This document shows positions 27,239-37,148 of a stretch of 64,000 bases of DNA, one piece after another. Origin of the DNA: an uncultured Candidatus Saccharibacteria bacterium. Lineage in GTDB: Bacteria; Patescibacteriota; Saccharimonadia; CAILAD01; GCA-016700035. Where the stretch lies: the NCBI GenBank assembly GCA_964454845.1, contig CAYVVS010000001.1:87273-151272 (forward strand). The letters run 5' to 3'. Both the position numbers and the translations under genes were made by a program. The notes beneath the pieces were generated by a model. It saw only the letters and a list, made by a program, of their open reading frames with translations, ran no database searches and was not told where the DNA came from. Each line of letters begins with the position of its first letter. The first letter of the stretch is position 1.

Positions 27239-28651
27239 ATGCGCAAACGTAGCGAGTTATTTTTTAACCTTTTATTGGTCCCGCTGGATGCCGCGGCTGT
27301 ACTTGCAGGCTTTGTAACTGCTTATATTATTCGTGTTGAATATTCATTAAAACCAACTGTCTATCAGGTTCCGGGTTGGGAATATCTATATGCACTGGTT
27401 GCGCTCTTGCCGTTTGCAGTCTTCTTTTTTGCGCTAGCCGGGCTGTATCGTTACGAGTCTATGCGCAGTCGCTGGCGTGAATATTCTCAGGTGGTGATTG
27501 CTGTTTCAGCGAGCACCATGTTTTTGATTATTGTAGACTTTTTTTCAACAAAACCGCTTTTTCCTTCGAAGGCGGTAGTTTTTTATGGTTTTGCGTTGGC
27601 GACTGTTTTGGTGGTGGCTGAGCGTTTCATTGTGAACCTTTTTCAGCGTTGGCTCTTCCGCTTTGGCATTGGCATTCGTCAAGTGGTCGTTGTCGGTGTT
27701 GGGCGCGTTGCCGACGATGTAACATATGCATTGCAGCGTAACCCAGGCTTTCGCTTGGTGCGTGTTTTAGAGCGCAAGAAAGACACGCTTACGCAGCTCG
27801 AGAAGCTCGCAAAGAAGCACACCATAGATGAGCTGTTTATCGCCGATAAAACTCCAGCTGAAGCAGATCAGCTCGAGTATATACGGTTTGCTCATAATAA
27901 CCACATTGCCTACAAATTTATTCCAAGCCTTGCAGGTATTTATCAGACTCGTAGCCAGCCTTCATTGTATGCGGACTATCCGGTACTAGAAATCGTGCGA
28001 ACGCCCCTCGATGGGTGGTGGAGAATCTACAAAACAGTCTTTGATTACATGGGGGCTTTTCTGGGTATTATTCTGCTGAGTCCAATATTCCTTGTAGTAG
28101 CGCTAGTGATTAAGCTCACCGACGGCGGCAAGGTGTTCTATCGTCATGCGCGTATTGGGAGGCACGGTCGAGTTGTGCGGGTTTGGAAGTTTCGTTCGAT
28201 GTATGCGAAGTATTCTACTGGTGGTGCTTTTAGTAGTAAGTCGGATCTGGAAATTCTACGCGAAATTGGTGGCGAGAACATGGTAGAAGAATTTAAGCGT
28301 GATCAAAAACTCAAGAAAGATCCGCGAGTCACTCCGATTGGGCGTTTTTTGCGAGCAACCAGTATTGATGAATTGCCTCAACTATTTAATGTGCTGATGG
28401 GTGAGCTGAGCTTAATTGGGCCACGCCCTGTTACAGAGGCTGAGTTAGCACGCTATAAAGATAAGGCACCAACGTTTCTATTGATTAAACCAGGGATTAC
28501 TGGTTTGTGGCAGGTGTCTGGTCGAAACGATGTGAGCTATGACGAACGCATTAAGCTCGATGTGTATTATGTTGAAAACTGGAAAGCTTCCCTGGATTTA
28601 CGTATTTTGTTCCGCACTATTGGCGTGATCTTTAAGCGGAAGGGTTATTAA
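27239..28651 (+). CDS. Polyprenyl glycosylphosphotransferase (WbaP/CpsE-type bacterial sugar transferase)
   Basis: 5 N-terminal TM helices. C-terminal catalytic domain with …DELPQLFNVLMGELSLIGPRP… signature. Confidence 0.8.
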   Translation: MRKRSELFFNLLLVPLDAAAVLAGFVTAYIIRVEYSLKPTVYQVPGWEYLYALVALLPFAVFFFALAGLYRYESMRSRWREYSQVVIAVSASTMFLIIVDFFSTKPLFPSKAVVFYGFALATVLVVAERFIVNLFQRWLFRFGIGIRQVVVVGVGRVADDVTYALQRNPGFRLVRVLERKKDTLTQLEKLAKKHTIDELFIADKTPAEADQLEYIRFAHNNHIAYKFIPSLAGIYQTRSQPSLYADYPVLEIVRTPLDGWWRIYKTVFDYMGAFLGIILLSPIFLVVALVIKLTDGGKVFYRHARIGRHGRVVRVWKFRSMYAKYSTGGAFSSKSDLEILREIGGENMVEEFKRDQKLKKDPRVTPIGRFLRATSIDELPQLFNVLMGELSLIGPRPVTEAELARYKDKAPTFLLIKPGITGLWQVSGRNDVSYDERIKLDVYYVENWKASLDLRILFRTIGVIFKRKGY

Positions 28652-28656
28652 CTCGT

Positions 28657-29811
28657 ATGGCAGTTCGCGATATCGCAACTTTGCGAGTAGCGGTAGTGCA
28701 TGATTGGCTCACCAATATAGCGGGCGCCGAAAAAGTGGTGTTTGAAATGCTAAAAGTGTTTCCACAAGCCGAGGTATTTACAAGTGTGTATCGGCCAGAG
28801 GTGTTTGGAGATGCCCTGAAAGGCCATAAGGTTCATGCTTCTTTTCTTCAGAAAGTACCCTTCGCTCGAAAGAAGCATCAGCTTTTTCCGGTTCTACGGC
28901 GATACGCCTTTGAGAGCTTTGATTTTTCTGATTATGATCTTGTCATCAGCTCTTCAACGGCGGAAGCTAAGGGGATTATTACTCCGGAATCTACGCTGCA
29001 TATATCATATATCCATACCCCGACGCGGTATTTCTGGAGTCATTACGATCAGTATAGTAAAAATCCAGGGTTTGGTGTGCTCGATCCTGTGGTGCGTTTT
29101 CAGCTGAAGCGTACAATTAAGGCGTCGCGTCAGTGGGATTTTGCTGCGGCGCAGCGTCCAGATGTATTGCTAGCAAATTCTCTAACAGTACAGAAGCGTA
29201 TAGAGAAATACTATAAACGGGCCGCTGAGGTGCTGTATCCGCCGGTTGATACCAAGCGCTTTGCCAAGCCTCACTCAAGACCCAGTGATGTGCCTGATAG
29301 CTACTTTGTGGTTGCTTCTCGGCTTATTCCGTATAAACGCTTTGATATTGCCGTACAGGCATCTCAGAAGGCTGGTAAGCAGCTCGTAGTTGTGGGTGGT
29401 GGTAGTGAGCTTAAGAAACTCAAAGAGATGGCTGATGATAGTGTCATATTTAAGGGCCATGCTACTGATGACGACTTGGTAGCGTACGTACAGCATGCCG
29501 AGGCGCTGCTTTTCCCTGGGGAGGAAGATTTTGGCATAGCTCCTGTGGAGGCGATGGCCGCGGGCACTCCTGTAATCGCATATGCTTCTGGCGGAGCGAC
29601 AGAAACTGTTATCCCTGGTGAAACTGGCGAACTTATACAATCTCAGTCAGTAGGCGCTTTTACCGAAGCACTTACTGGTTTTGAAGCTCAAAATTACTCA
29701 ACCCAGACTTTGCAGAAACACGCCGAGAAGTTTAGCGAATCAAATTTTAGTGAGCAGCTGCGGAAAGTGGTAGGCGAGGGGCTCAAGCGTGCAAGTTCGC
29801 ATTATACATAG
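28657..29811 (+). CDS. Glycosyltransferase family 4 (GT-B)
   Basis: C-terminal GT4 Rossmann domain with the EX7E-like region (…FPGEEDFGIAPVEAMAAGTPVIA…). Confidence 0.7.
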   Translation: MAVRDIATLRVAVVHDWLTNIAGAEKVVFEMLKVFPQAEVFTSVYRPEVFGDALKGHKVHASFLQKVPFARKKHQLFPVLRRYAFESFDFSDYDLVISSSTAEAKGIITPESTLHISYIHTPTRYFWSHYDQYSKNPGFGVLDPVVRFQLKRTIKASRQWDFAAAQRPDVLLANSLTVQKRIEKYYKRAAEVLYPPVDTKRFAKPHSRPSDVPDSYFVVASRLIPYKRFDIAVQASQKAGKQLVVVGGGSELKKLKEMADDSVIFKGHATDDDLVAYVQHAEALLFPGEEDFGIAPVEAMAAGTPVIAYASGGATETVIPGETGELIQSQSVGAFTEALTGFEAQNYSTQTLQKHAEKFSESNFSEQLRKVVGEGLKRASSHYT

Positions 29812-31186
29812 AAAAACAATTGTAGTTTCTCTGGCGATATTTGGGTTGTTTTTAGTTATCACTCAGCCCTTGTATAAGCTTCTTGTCCCTACAGAACAGC
29901 TTCAGTTGCAAAATAGACCAGCTTATCAGCTCTACTCGGCGCTAACACAGGCTGATCATCCTACTCGAACTCTCCTGGTGTTTGCAAATCATGCAGAACA
30001 ACGCATTGGTGGTGGGTTTGTAGGAAGTGTCGGAGTTCTCGAGGGGGTAAATGGTTCGCTTAAGCTCGAATCGGTGCGGAGTGTGTACTACTATGATCAC
30101 CGCACAGAAGAGAAAGGGCCATTTGTCGAACCACCTGAGTATCTAAAAAACCTTACAGGGAGTTTAGCGGCACGTGACTCACTCATTGCAACTGATAGCG
30201 ATTCGAATGCTCGGCTATTCAGGGATTTATTTGCACGAGAAACAGGTGAGCATATTGATAATGTTGTTATAATTACACCAAAAGTACTTTCCTTAATTCT
30301 CTATTACACTGGACCGATTGAATTACCTGAGTATTCATTGACGGTTACCCGAGAGAATATTCTATCCACCCTGCAGCAGGAGGTAGAAGCCGGTCAAGAT
30401 AAGGTCGCCGGTAAAGACCCAAAAACTATACTAAAAGTATTGGCTGATAAGATGTTTGAAAAGTTACCTCAGCTAAATACTGTTCAATTAGCTCAATTGG
30501 GTGACGACGTTACGGGGTTGATGCAGACACAGCAGCTCTACGCATATCTAGATGATGGGCGAGTTATGAGGGAGTTGGCAAGTTATCAAGCCCCAGTTGC
30601 TAAGCCCGGAGATTCGAATGCTTTACAGGTGGCTGCAGCAAATCATGCAGCAAATAAATCCTCACAGGCAATTGCTCAAACTGTAAAATATACACTAAAG
30701 ATTGCGGGTGATGGGCAAGCGCGCCTCCTCGTCGAGATAGTCCGTAAACATCAATCGGACTATGCTGGTTTCTACATCGATCCAAAAAGTGGCGGCCAGA
30801 ATTTCATCGTGGGGGATGACTTGAGCTGGCTTCAGATAACAGTGCCGGCTGGTACTGAGGATGTTCTGCCAACGGGGCTGATGCAACAGAAGGATCCTAC
30901 GGTTTTTGGTGCAGATATACTCACAAAACCTCTAACTACAAGCTCTGTGTCAGAAGAGTTTATCCTGCCGGTGCGCTACGCCATGCTGGATGAGGTGGCG
31001 ATTGATCAGGCACTTTTAGCGCAGTTTGGATGGTTTGGGCAGCAGGTAGACTTTCAGGTTGAGTTGCCCGAAGGATATACTTTTGCGAGAGGCTCTGATG
31101 GTGTTCAGGGCGCTGGTCGTACTGCTGGCCGTCAGTTTTTCCAGATTGATGATGAGAAAATGCAGTTTGTATTTGTAAAACAATAA
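29789..31186 (+). CDS. Hypothetical membrane-anchored extracytoplasmic protein
   Basis: N-terminal TM anchor, 465 aa, sits inside the glycan cluster. No family assigned. Confidence 0.4.
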   Translation: MQVRIIHRKTIVVSLAIFGLFLVITQPLYKLLVPTEQLQLQNRPAYQLYSALTQADHPTRTLLVFANHAEQRIGGGFVGSVGVLEGVNGSLKLESVRSVYYYDHRTEEKGPFVEPPEYLKNLTGSLAARDSLIATDSDSNARLFRDLFARETGEHIDNVVIITPKVLSLILYYTGPIELPEYSLTVTRENILSTLQQEVEAGQDKVAGKDPKTILKVLADKMFEKLPQLNTVQLAQLGDDVTGLMQTQQLYAYLDDGRVMRELASYQAPVAKPGDSNALQVAAANHAANKSSQAIAQTVKYTLKIAGDGQARLLVEIVRKHQSDYAGFYIDPKSGGQNFIVGDDLSWLQITVPAGTEDVLPTGLMQQKDPTVFGADILTKPLTTSSVSEEFILPVRYAMLDEVAIDQALLAQFGWFGQQVDFQVELPEGYTFARGSDGVQGAGRTAGRQFFQIDDEKMQFVFVKQ

Positions 31187-31228
31187 CGACCCTTGCATGA
31201 GGGCCGTTATTGTACGGTTTTGCTGATT

Positions 31229-31579
31229 CTATTTAGATTGAGTCGAAGCTTTTACAACTGCCGAGAACGCCTGTGGTTCACGAGCTGCAATTTCTGCAAG
31301 CATCTTGCGATTGAGAGAAATATTAGCTTTTCCAAGGTCGGCAATAAGTTGAGAATAGGTAGTGCCTTCCTGGCGCGCAGCTGCATTTATGCGGGCAATC
31401 CAGAGCGAACGGAAGTCGCGCTTTTTATTGCGGCGGTCACGGTAAGCGTAGCTCAGTGACTTAAGTACAGCTTCATGAGCCTTGCGGTAGGAAGCACGAC
31501 GGGTGTGCCCCATTCCTTTGGTCATCTTGAGGATTTTTTTGTGCCGACGGCGGGCGGTAACTGAGCGTTTGACGCGCAT
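31229..31579 (-). CDS. rplT: 50S ribosomal protein L20
   Basis: [18 protein letters not shown]… canonical L20 N-terminus. Confidence 0.9.
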   Translation of the reverse strand: MRVKRSVTARRRHKKILKMTKGMGHTRRASYRKAHEAVLKSLSYAYRDRRNKKRDFRSLWIARINAAARQEGTTYSQLIADLGKANISLNRKMLAEIAAREPQAFSAVVKASTQSK

Positions 31580-31776
31580 TATTTAGCTCCCAGCATTTTC
31601 TTAATTGCTTTTACATTTGCTGCTTCAACAGCATGCTCTTTCGAGTACATACGCTTACGTGCTCCACTCTTAGCAATTAGCTTGTGGGTGCGATAGGCGC
31701 GACGACGAAGTAGAGTACCTTTGGCGGTAATCTTAAAACGCTTTGCAGCGGTCTTGCGGGTCTTAACTTTTGGCAT
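31579..31776 (-). CDS. rpmI: 50S ribosomal protein L35
   Basis: [20 protein letters not shown]… L35. Confidence 0.9.
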   Translation of the reverse strand: MPKVKTRKTAAKRFKITAKGTLLRRRAYRTHKLIAKSGARKRMYSKEHAVEAANVKAIKKMLGAK

Positions 31777-32320
31777 CTTTTTTCCTTGCTAATACTGTCG
31801 ACATTTCTCGTCCGCTTAGAGCGATTGGCTGCTCAACGGTAGCTTCGTCCGTAAGCTGCTCTACAAAGCGCTCGAGAACACCACGACCCAGATCAGGGTG
31901 GGTGATCTCACGACCACGAAAGCGTAGGTTAATCCGTACTTTATGGCCTTGATCGAGAAATTTGCGGGCTGCCTTTACCTTAGTTTCGATATCATGTGTA
32001 TCGGTTTTGAGCCCAAGGCGCACCTGCTTGATGTCGGCTTGTTTCTGATTGCGTCGGCTTTTTTGCAGGTGTTTATCCTGCTCGTAACGATACTTTCCCC
32101 AGTCGATGACGCGAACGACGGGTGGAGTTGACTGAGGGGCAACCTCAACTAGGTCGAGGCCAGCGTTTTCGGCTTCCTGGAGAGCTTTCTCGAGGGAGAC
32201 GACTCCGAGCTGTTCGGATTCCGCACCAATCAGACGCACCTCACGGGCTGTTATCTGGCGGTTGATGCGGATGCGCTTCTTATTAATGCTTTCAGTACTC
32301 CTGTTCGTTTGTAGCACCAT
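31763..32320 (-). CDS. infC: Translation initiation factor IF-3
   Basis: …INRQITAREVRLIG… N-domain and C-domain (…KQVRLGLKTDTHDIETKVKAARKFL…). Start codon uncertain (IF3 often uses AUU/AUA); 5' end approximate. Confidence 0.8.
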   Translation of the reverse strand: MVLQTNRSTESINKKRIRINRQITAREVRLIGAESEQLGVVSLEKALQEAENAGLDLVEVAPQSTPPVVRVIDWGKYRYEQDKHLQKSRRNQKQADIKQVRLGLKTDTHDIETKVKAARKFLDQGHKVRINLRFRGREITHPDLGRGVLERFVEQLTDEATVEQPIALSGREMSTVLARKKDAKS

Positions 32321-32343
32321 GATACCACTGAACTCCGAGAAAA

Positions 32344-33183
32344 TCAATATTTTAGGATGTCGTTTTTCTCGGTTATCATCTTGATTGAGAATTGTGCGGG
32401 CTCTATACGGAATTTTTCCGGTAGATCTTTTGAAAAAGCATCACTCTTGAAGTGGTGGGGAGTGTGAATGTCGATCCTTGAAGCCTGTATGTGAAATACA
32501 TCTTCTGTGGCTTTTTGAACAGTTCTTGTTTTCAATTTTTTCTCCAAGAGGTTTGTGTCTTTACCCTGTAGTTTAGAAGCGTGAACAGTGTGTCTTTTTT
32601 CGGCTGTAATTGTAATAACATGCTGTTCTCGACTGGTAATATCTTCATGGACACTGATCGTTACGAGTTCGACTGGAGCATCTATGCGAAGTTCGCTGCC
32701 ATTTGGAGTGTAAACCAGAAAACGGCTCGGGGCTTCGCTGGGGGCATCATTTTTTATACGTAGTGTATGGGTAAACCAAATTGCTTCAGCGCAGACGAAG
32801 GCTTTTTGCTCGGTTATCTTTCGGGCAGCAATGGCCTGTATAGATCGCTTGAGGCCACGTTCCATGTATGGGGCGATACGCCAAGTGAGGGTGAGTTTTT
32901 CTGGGGGCGATATATGAGCAAAGATCGGCGTCCCGTTTGGGCGGGCGTGCGATAAGCGGCAGGATTCAGAAATAATCGTGTCGAGCCAGGCAAATCCTCC
33001 TAGAGCAATGATGGTATCGGGGCTTTTTGCGATGGCCTGCTCCAGCTTTTGAGAGAGTTCTTTCTTGTTAGATAGTTGGATGATATCGACTTCAAGACGT
33101 GCCTCTAGGGCGAGTTTTTGTAAGAGTTGCACTAATTTTTGTGTGTCAAATGGTAGTCCTGGCTCTATGAACAGACTATTCAT
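32344..33183 (-). CDS. Hypothetical protein
   Basis: 280-aa ORF from MNSLFIEPG. A weak ALGG… segment is reminiscent of a kinase fold but not convincing. Confidence 0.35.
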   Translation of the reverse strand: MNSLFIEPGLPFDTQKLVQLLQKLALEARLEVDIIQLSNKKELSQKLEQAIAKSPDTIIALGGFAWLDTIISESCRLSHARPNGTPIFAHISPPEKLTLTWRIAPYMERGLKRSIQAIAARKITEQKAFVCAEAIWFTHTLRIKNDAPSEAPSRFLVYTPNGSELRIDAPVELVTISVHEDITSREQHVITITAEKRHTVHASKLQGKDTNLLEKKLKTRTVQKATEDVFHIQASRIDIHTPHHFKSDAFSKDLPEKFRIEPAQFSIKMITEKNDILKY

Positions 33184-33550
33184 GAAGAGACTCCTTCTTG
33201 CTATTTGGTTGCTTGATGCGGGCATCGATTTGCGACCCAGCATCTATGCTAATTCGCGGCGTAAGTAATATACCGCGTATTTTTGCAGACTTTTTTACAA
33301 CAATAGAGTCTCTCCCGCTCACTTCTCCATCTACCACTCCCAAAAGTGTGACATTACGTGCTTCGATTGAGCCATTGAGACTACCGTTTTCGCTTATCTC
33401 ACAAAAGCCGTTTGTGGTTATTTCGCCGGTGTATTCACCGTCTATAACGATATCTTCTTGTTCCTGAATTTTACCTTCTATTTTGGCGAGCGCAGAGAAA
33501 TAGAAACCAGCAGTTTGCCGATAGTCAAACGGCGATCTTTTAGCTGGCAT
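33176..33550 (-). CDS. Bactofilin-family cytoskeletal protein
   Basis: Beta-helical repeat pattern (…IVIDGEYTGEITTNGFCEISENGSLNGSIEARNVTLLGVVDGEVSGRDSIVV…). Start taken at MPAKRS. Confidence 0.6.
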   Translation of the reverse strand: MPAKRSPFDYRQTAGFYFSALAKIEGKIQEQEDIVIDGEYTGEITTNGFCEISENGSLNGSIEARNVTLLGVVDGEVSGRDSIVVKKSAKIRGILLTPRISIDAGSQIDARIKQPNSKKESLHE

Positions 33551-34034
33551 GTGGTTCGCGTGGATTTTGCTTATTGGCCTTAGTGAGGGCAGCAGCCTCT
33601 TCTTCTGATAGGTTATGAGAGCTGTGGCCATGTTGAATTTGTTTGGCATACACCCGAGTACCGGTTCGGGCGTGGATGCTTGAGAGGACATAGCCATTTC
33701 CTCGTGTATCAATAATTGCTAGACAAAAGCTTTGGTCGCCTCCGGTGTCGTTAAATGGATTAAAACGTACGAAGCCTAGGCGGGTGCCAGCTTTTTCGGC
33801 GAGAACAGTAGTTTCTTTGAGGGAGTGCTGGAGGTGCTCAATATCTTTGGTTTGCTGTTGAATTTGGCCAGCGTATTGATTGAGTGCACGCATCACAGGT
33901 TGGGGTTGGGTATTGTTGAAGAAAATGCCAAATTCTTTCTCAATTTTGAGTAATTTATAGACGAGCCAGCCACAGATGCTAGCTAGCGCCACCACACATA
34001 CGATCAAAAATATATCCAACTCGTTCCCCTTCAA
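33540..34034 (-). CDS. Hypothetical membrane protein (N-terminal TM)
   Basis: ORF with one N-terminal TM helix. 3' end overlaps the bactofilin start by 11 nt. Confidence 0.4.
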   Translation of the reverse strand: MKGNELDIFLIVCVVALASICGWLVYKLLKIEKEFGIFFNNTQPQPVMRALNQYAGQIQQQTKDIEHLQHSLKETTVLAEKAGTRLGFVRFNPFNDTGGDQSFCLAIIDTRGNGYVLSSIHARTGTRVYAKQIQHGHSSHNLSEEEAAALTKANKQNPREPHAS

Positions 34035-34095
34035 ACTTTATGCTCATTATAGTCCTTCAGGTAAAAGCTTGGCAAGATAAGGAGGAGACCGTAGA

Positions 34096-34455
34096 ATGAA
34101 AGAAATAGTGCAGAAGGAGGCTTGCGTGGCACGCAAAAAACAACATCTACGATATCAGGCTAAAAAAGGCCGAGCACAAACTGCGGCGTCGACAGACGAA
34201 GTCTCAGCGCGAGTGGCTACGCCTCAAAGTATTGCTGACAAGAAACTTAATAGCGACAAGAAGAATACTACAAAAGTAGATAAGCAAGACTTTACTAAGT
34301 TGCCGGAGAGTGAAACTCAGTTTGTTCGCAAAGAGATAGTTTATATTGCTCTCATCGCACTGATATTGCTTGTTTTTTACTTAGTAATTTTTGTTACATT
34401 CCGCTTTACTGGTGTTGATGAGTGGCTTAGCGGGCTCATCCAGCTAAAAAACTAG
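34096..34455 (+). CDS. Hypothetical small membrane protein
   Basis: Basic N-terminus, one C-terminal TM helix. Confidence 0.35.
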   Translation: MKEIVQKEACVARKKQHLRYQAKKGRAQTAASTDEVSARVATPQSIADKKLNSDKKNTTKVDKQDFTKLPESETQFVRKEIVYIALIALILLVFYLVIFVTFRFTGVDEWLSGLIQLKN

Positions 34456-35983
34456 CTATCTGAGACGAGCTTTTTCGAGCGAGCCCACTCCTAAACTGGA
34501 GAGCCTCAGAGAGATGCGCCGCTTCAATGTTTGGTGATTTTTCTAAATCGGCAATGGTTCTGCCGATTTTTAAGGCACGAGCCGCACCTCTTTGAGATAC
34601 ATGTTGCCCGAGCAGAGCATTCTCAAGAAGTTTTTGTGCATCGCTTGTTGCATCGCAAAAAGTAGTGAGCTTTTGAGTGGGGATTTCACTATTCGTAGTT
34701 ATTCCATGCGCTTTAAAACGACTTGCTTGCATGCTTCTAGCGACTCCTACGCGCTCAAGAATGGCTTTAGATGGTAGGGTTTCAGATGTGCTCTCGAATG
34801 GACTCGTAATTGAAGGTTCGGAAATGAAGCAGTGCATGTCAAAGCGATCCAGAAGCGGTCCGGAAATTCTTGCTTGGTAACGATTTATAGTTGCGGCACT
34901 ACATGTGCAGGCTTGTTTTATAGACCCGGCGTAACCACATGGGCAAGGGTTCATTGCGGCTATGAGTATGAATTTAGCTGGATAGGTAAGTGCTGTCTGT
35001 GCGCGTGAAATATGTACTTCGCCATCCTCAATTGGCTGACGCAGCGCCTCGAGTACCGATCGACGGAATTCTGGTAGCTCATCCAGGAATAGTACTCCGC
35101 GGTGCGCCAATGTTACTTCTCCGGGCTTTGGAATTTGTCCGCCACCAACGAGCGCAACATCGCTAGCGGTGTGATGGGGTGACCGGATGGGTCTTGATTG
35201 GAGATGTTGGGCTCCTGGATTATGGATACTGTGTAGGTAGGCTACTTCTGCAAGCTCGTCTGTATTTAGTTCTGGAAGAATTGTGGGAAAAGCGTGAGCT
35301 AAGAGAGTTTTGCCACTGCCAGGCGGTCCAATAAGTAGCACATTGTGGCCACCAGCAGCCGCAATTTCGAGTGCTCGCTTCGGTATCTCCAGTCCTTTGA
35401 TAGACGAAAAATCAACTGATGATGTTTTTTTATCAACATTTTTCTTTGGTTCGGGATGATTTGGACGTGGGTCTTCATCGATAAGCCAGCGATAGAGTTC
35501 ACGGAGATTTTTAATACGTACGACAGCAACTTGTGCCTTAATTGAATCTGGAATGGCCGGTGCATCGCAGGCTATAACGAGGGTTTTGCAAGCTATTTGC
35601 TGAGCTGAGATAACACTGGCCGTACTGTCTCGAGCTGGTCTTAGGGATCCATCCAGTGAGAGTTCAGCCGAAAACAGAATATCTTCAGGCTGTGGTGGTA
35701 TCTGCTTTGATGCGACCAGGATGCCGACTGCCATTGCGAGCTCAAAGCCAGTACCATGCTTGGCGGTGTCGGCGGGCGCAAGATTAAGAACGATTTTGCG
35801 CATTGGAAATTCTAAGCCGCTATTGCGTATGGCACTTCGCAATCTCTCGCGTGATTCCTCGACACTTTTTGTGGGTAATCCGACAAGTGATATCCCAGGC
35901 AAGCCGGCAAAAATATCGGTTTCAATAGTGATGCGGTGGGGCTGTGCGCCGTAGTGGGTAATGGCATGGGTACGAGCAAGCAT
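34436..35983 (-). CDS. comM: YifB/ComM-family Mg-chelatase-like AAA+ ATPase
   Basis: N-terminal Lon-like domain, AAA+ core (Walker A GPPGSGKT, …VLFLDELPEF…, arginine finger) and C-terminal Mg-chelatase domain. Confidence 0.8.
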   Translation of the reverse strand: MLARTHAITHYGAQPHRITIETDIFAGLPGISLVGLPTKSVEESRERLRSAIRNSGLEFPMRKIVLNLAPADTAKHGTGFELAMAVGILVASKQIPPQPEDILFSAELSLDGSLRPARDSTASVISAQQIACKTLVIACDAPAIPDSIKAQVAVVRIKNLRELYRWLIDEDPRPNHPEPKKNVDKKTSSVDFSSIKGLEIPKRALEIAAAGGHNVLLIGPPGSGKTLLAHAFPTILPELNTDELAEVAYLHSIHNPGAQHLQSRPIRSPHHTASDVALVGGGQIPKPGEVTLAHRGVLFLDELPEFRRSVLEALRQPIEDGEVHISRAQTALTYPAKFILIAAMNPCPCGYAGSIKQACTCSAATINRYQARISGPLLDRFDMHCFISEPSITSPFESTSETLPSKAILERVGVARSMQASRFKAHGITTNSEIPTQKLTTFCDATSDAQKLLENALLGQHVSQRGAARALKIGRTIADLEKSPNIEAAHLSEALQFRSGLARKSSSQIASFLAG

Positions 35984-36047
35984 GGTAGTGTTCCTGGTTA
36001 ATTACGAACACTATACCGAACAAAAAATTACACCACAAGCTTGAGGG

Positions 36048-37109
36048 TTATATGCTCGAGCGGTACCACTCGGCAGCCGCCTCTGGCGGGATAGTGTTGA
36101 TGATAATTCCAGTTGAAACTTCCAGGCCACCCCACGGCGAGACAACATTACGCCCCTTAAATTTAAAAGCTAGGCGTTGGTGGCTCACAAGCCCCTCTTC
36201 GATTGAGAGGTTAAAGTTAATGCTGTTGCCGTTAAGTTTTTCGGTAATCTGCTTTACGAGAGGCGCTAAAGAAGCTATTTCGTGGCCTTCAAGATCGCTC
36301 ATATGGACCTTGCTGAGTTTGGGGAGAATCCAGGCTTCCATCTGCCATTGGGGTGCGTAGGGGGCAAATGAGATCCAGTCCTGATTTTCGGCGATTATAC
36401 GCAGGTTTTCGCGTTTTTCAAAGTGGATAATATCGTCATACGGGTCGCGGGCATTTTCGAGAACAAATTGCTGTATTGTGTGGGCCTCAGCGCGTAAACG
36501 TGGAGGTTCAAAGGGGAGCGCAAAAATTTGTGAATGAGCATGGGCTAGCGAAGCGCCGGCTTCAAAGCCATCATTACGAAAGATGCTCACGTAGCGGATG
36601 TGCGGCATGTCGTGCAGGGCTTGCGATCGAGCTTGATAGGTGAGAAGTACTTTTTCAATCTGCTCCACTGGCAGCTCTCCAAATGCGGTGTTGCGTAGTG
36701 GTGTATCAATCACGATTTCCTGGGCGCCATACGCGTCTGGATTATCAACTGTTAGGGCTGGGAATTTGTTTGCCACCACTTTAACTGCCCAGCCGTCAGT
36801 TTTATCGTTTGGTAGAGTGTAGATTTCTTCTTGCAGATCGAGGCGAGGTGAGCTTGATGTTTCAACGAGCGGGTGATCACTCGCGGCTGCATCGTACGGT
36901 CGACCAGCACGTTTAGGTGCAATAAGCACGTAATAATCGTGAATGTAATCACGGCGCACTTCAGTTTTCATGCCTTCGGTATTGAGATTAAGTCGATTAT
37001 GATGAGTGTCATCTGGCTTTTGAGGAACAGAAGACAAAGGGGCACCAGTTTCCTGATGTCCCCCTGAATGTTCTGTATTACTAAATGGTTGCGGTATGAA
37101 TCCATCCAT
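36048..37109 (-). CDS. GalT-like nucleotidyltransferase (HIT superfamily branch III)
   Basis: HxHxQ-type motif SLAHAHSQIF, as in galactose-1-phosphate uridylyltransferases. N-terminal low-complexity extension. Confidence 0.5.
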   Translation of the reverse strand: MDGFIPQPFSNTEHSGGHQETGAPLSSVPQKPDDTHHNRLNLNTEGMKTEVRRDYIHDYYVLIAPKRAGRPYDAAASDHPLVETSSSPRLDLQEEIYTLPNDKTDGWAVKVVANKFPALTVDNPDAYGAQEIVIDTPLRNTAFGELPVEQIEKVLLTYQARSQALHDMPHIRYVSIFRNDGFEAGASLAHAHSQIFALPFEPPRLRAEAHTIQQFVLENARDPYDDIIHFEKRENLRIIAENQDWISFAPYAPQWQMEAWILPKLSKVHMSDLEGHEIASLAPLVKQITEKLNGNSINFNLSIEEGLVSHQRLAFKFKGRNVVSPWGGLEVSTGIIINTIPPEAAAEWYRSSI

Positions 37110-37148
37110 TGCTCTTATGATACCCGAACCAGAGAAAAAACGTAAGAG

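Noticed and set aside
26725-27252. Minus-strand ORFs 26725-26982, 26765-27097 and plus-strand ORF 27055-27252
   Set aside because: They overlap the RNase P RNA gene (P4, P10-12 and P15 sequence blocks recognisable) and are read-through artefacts.
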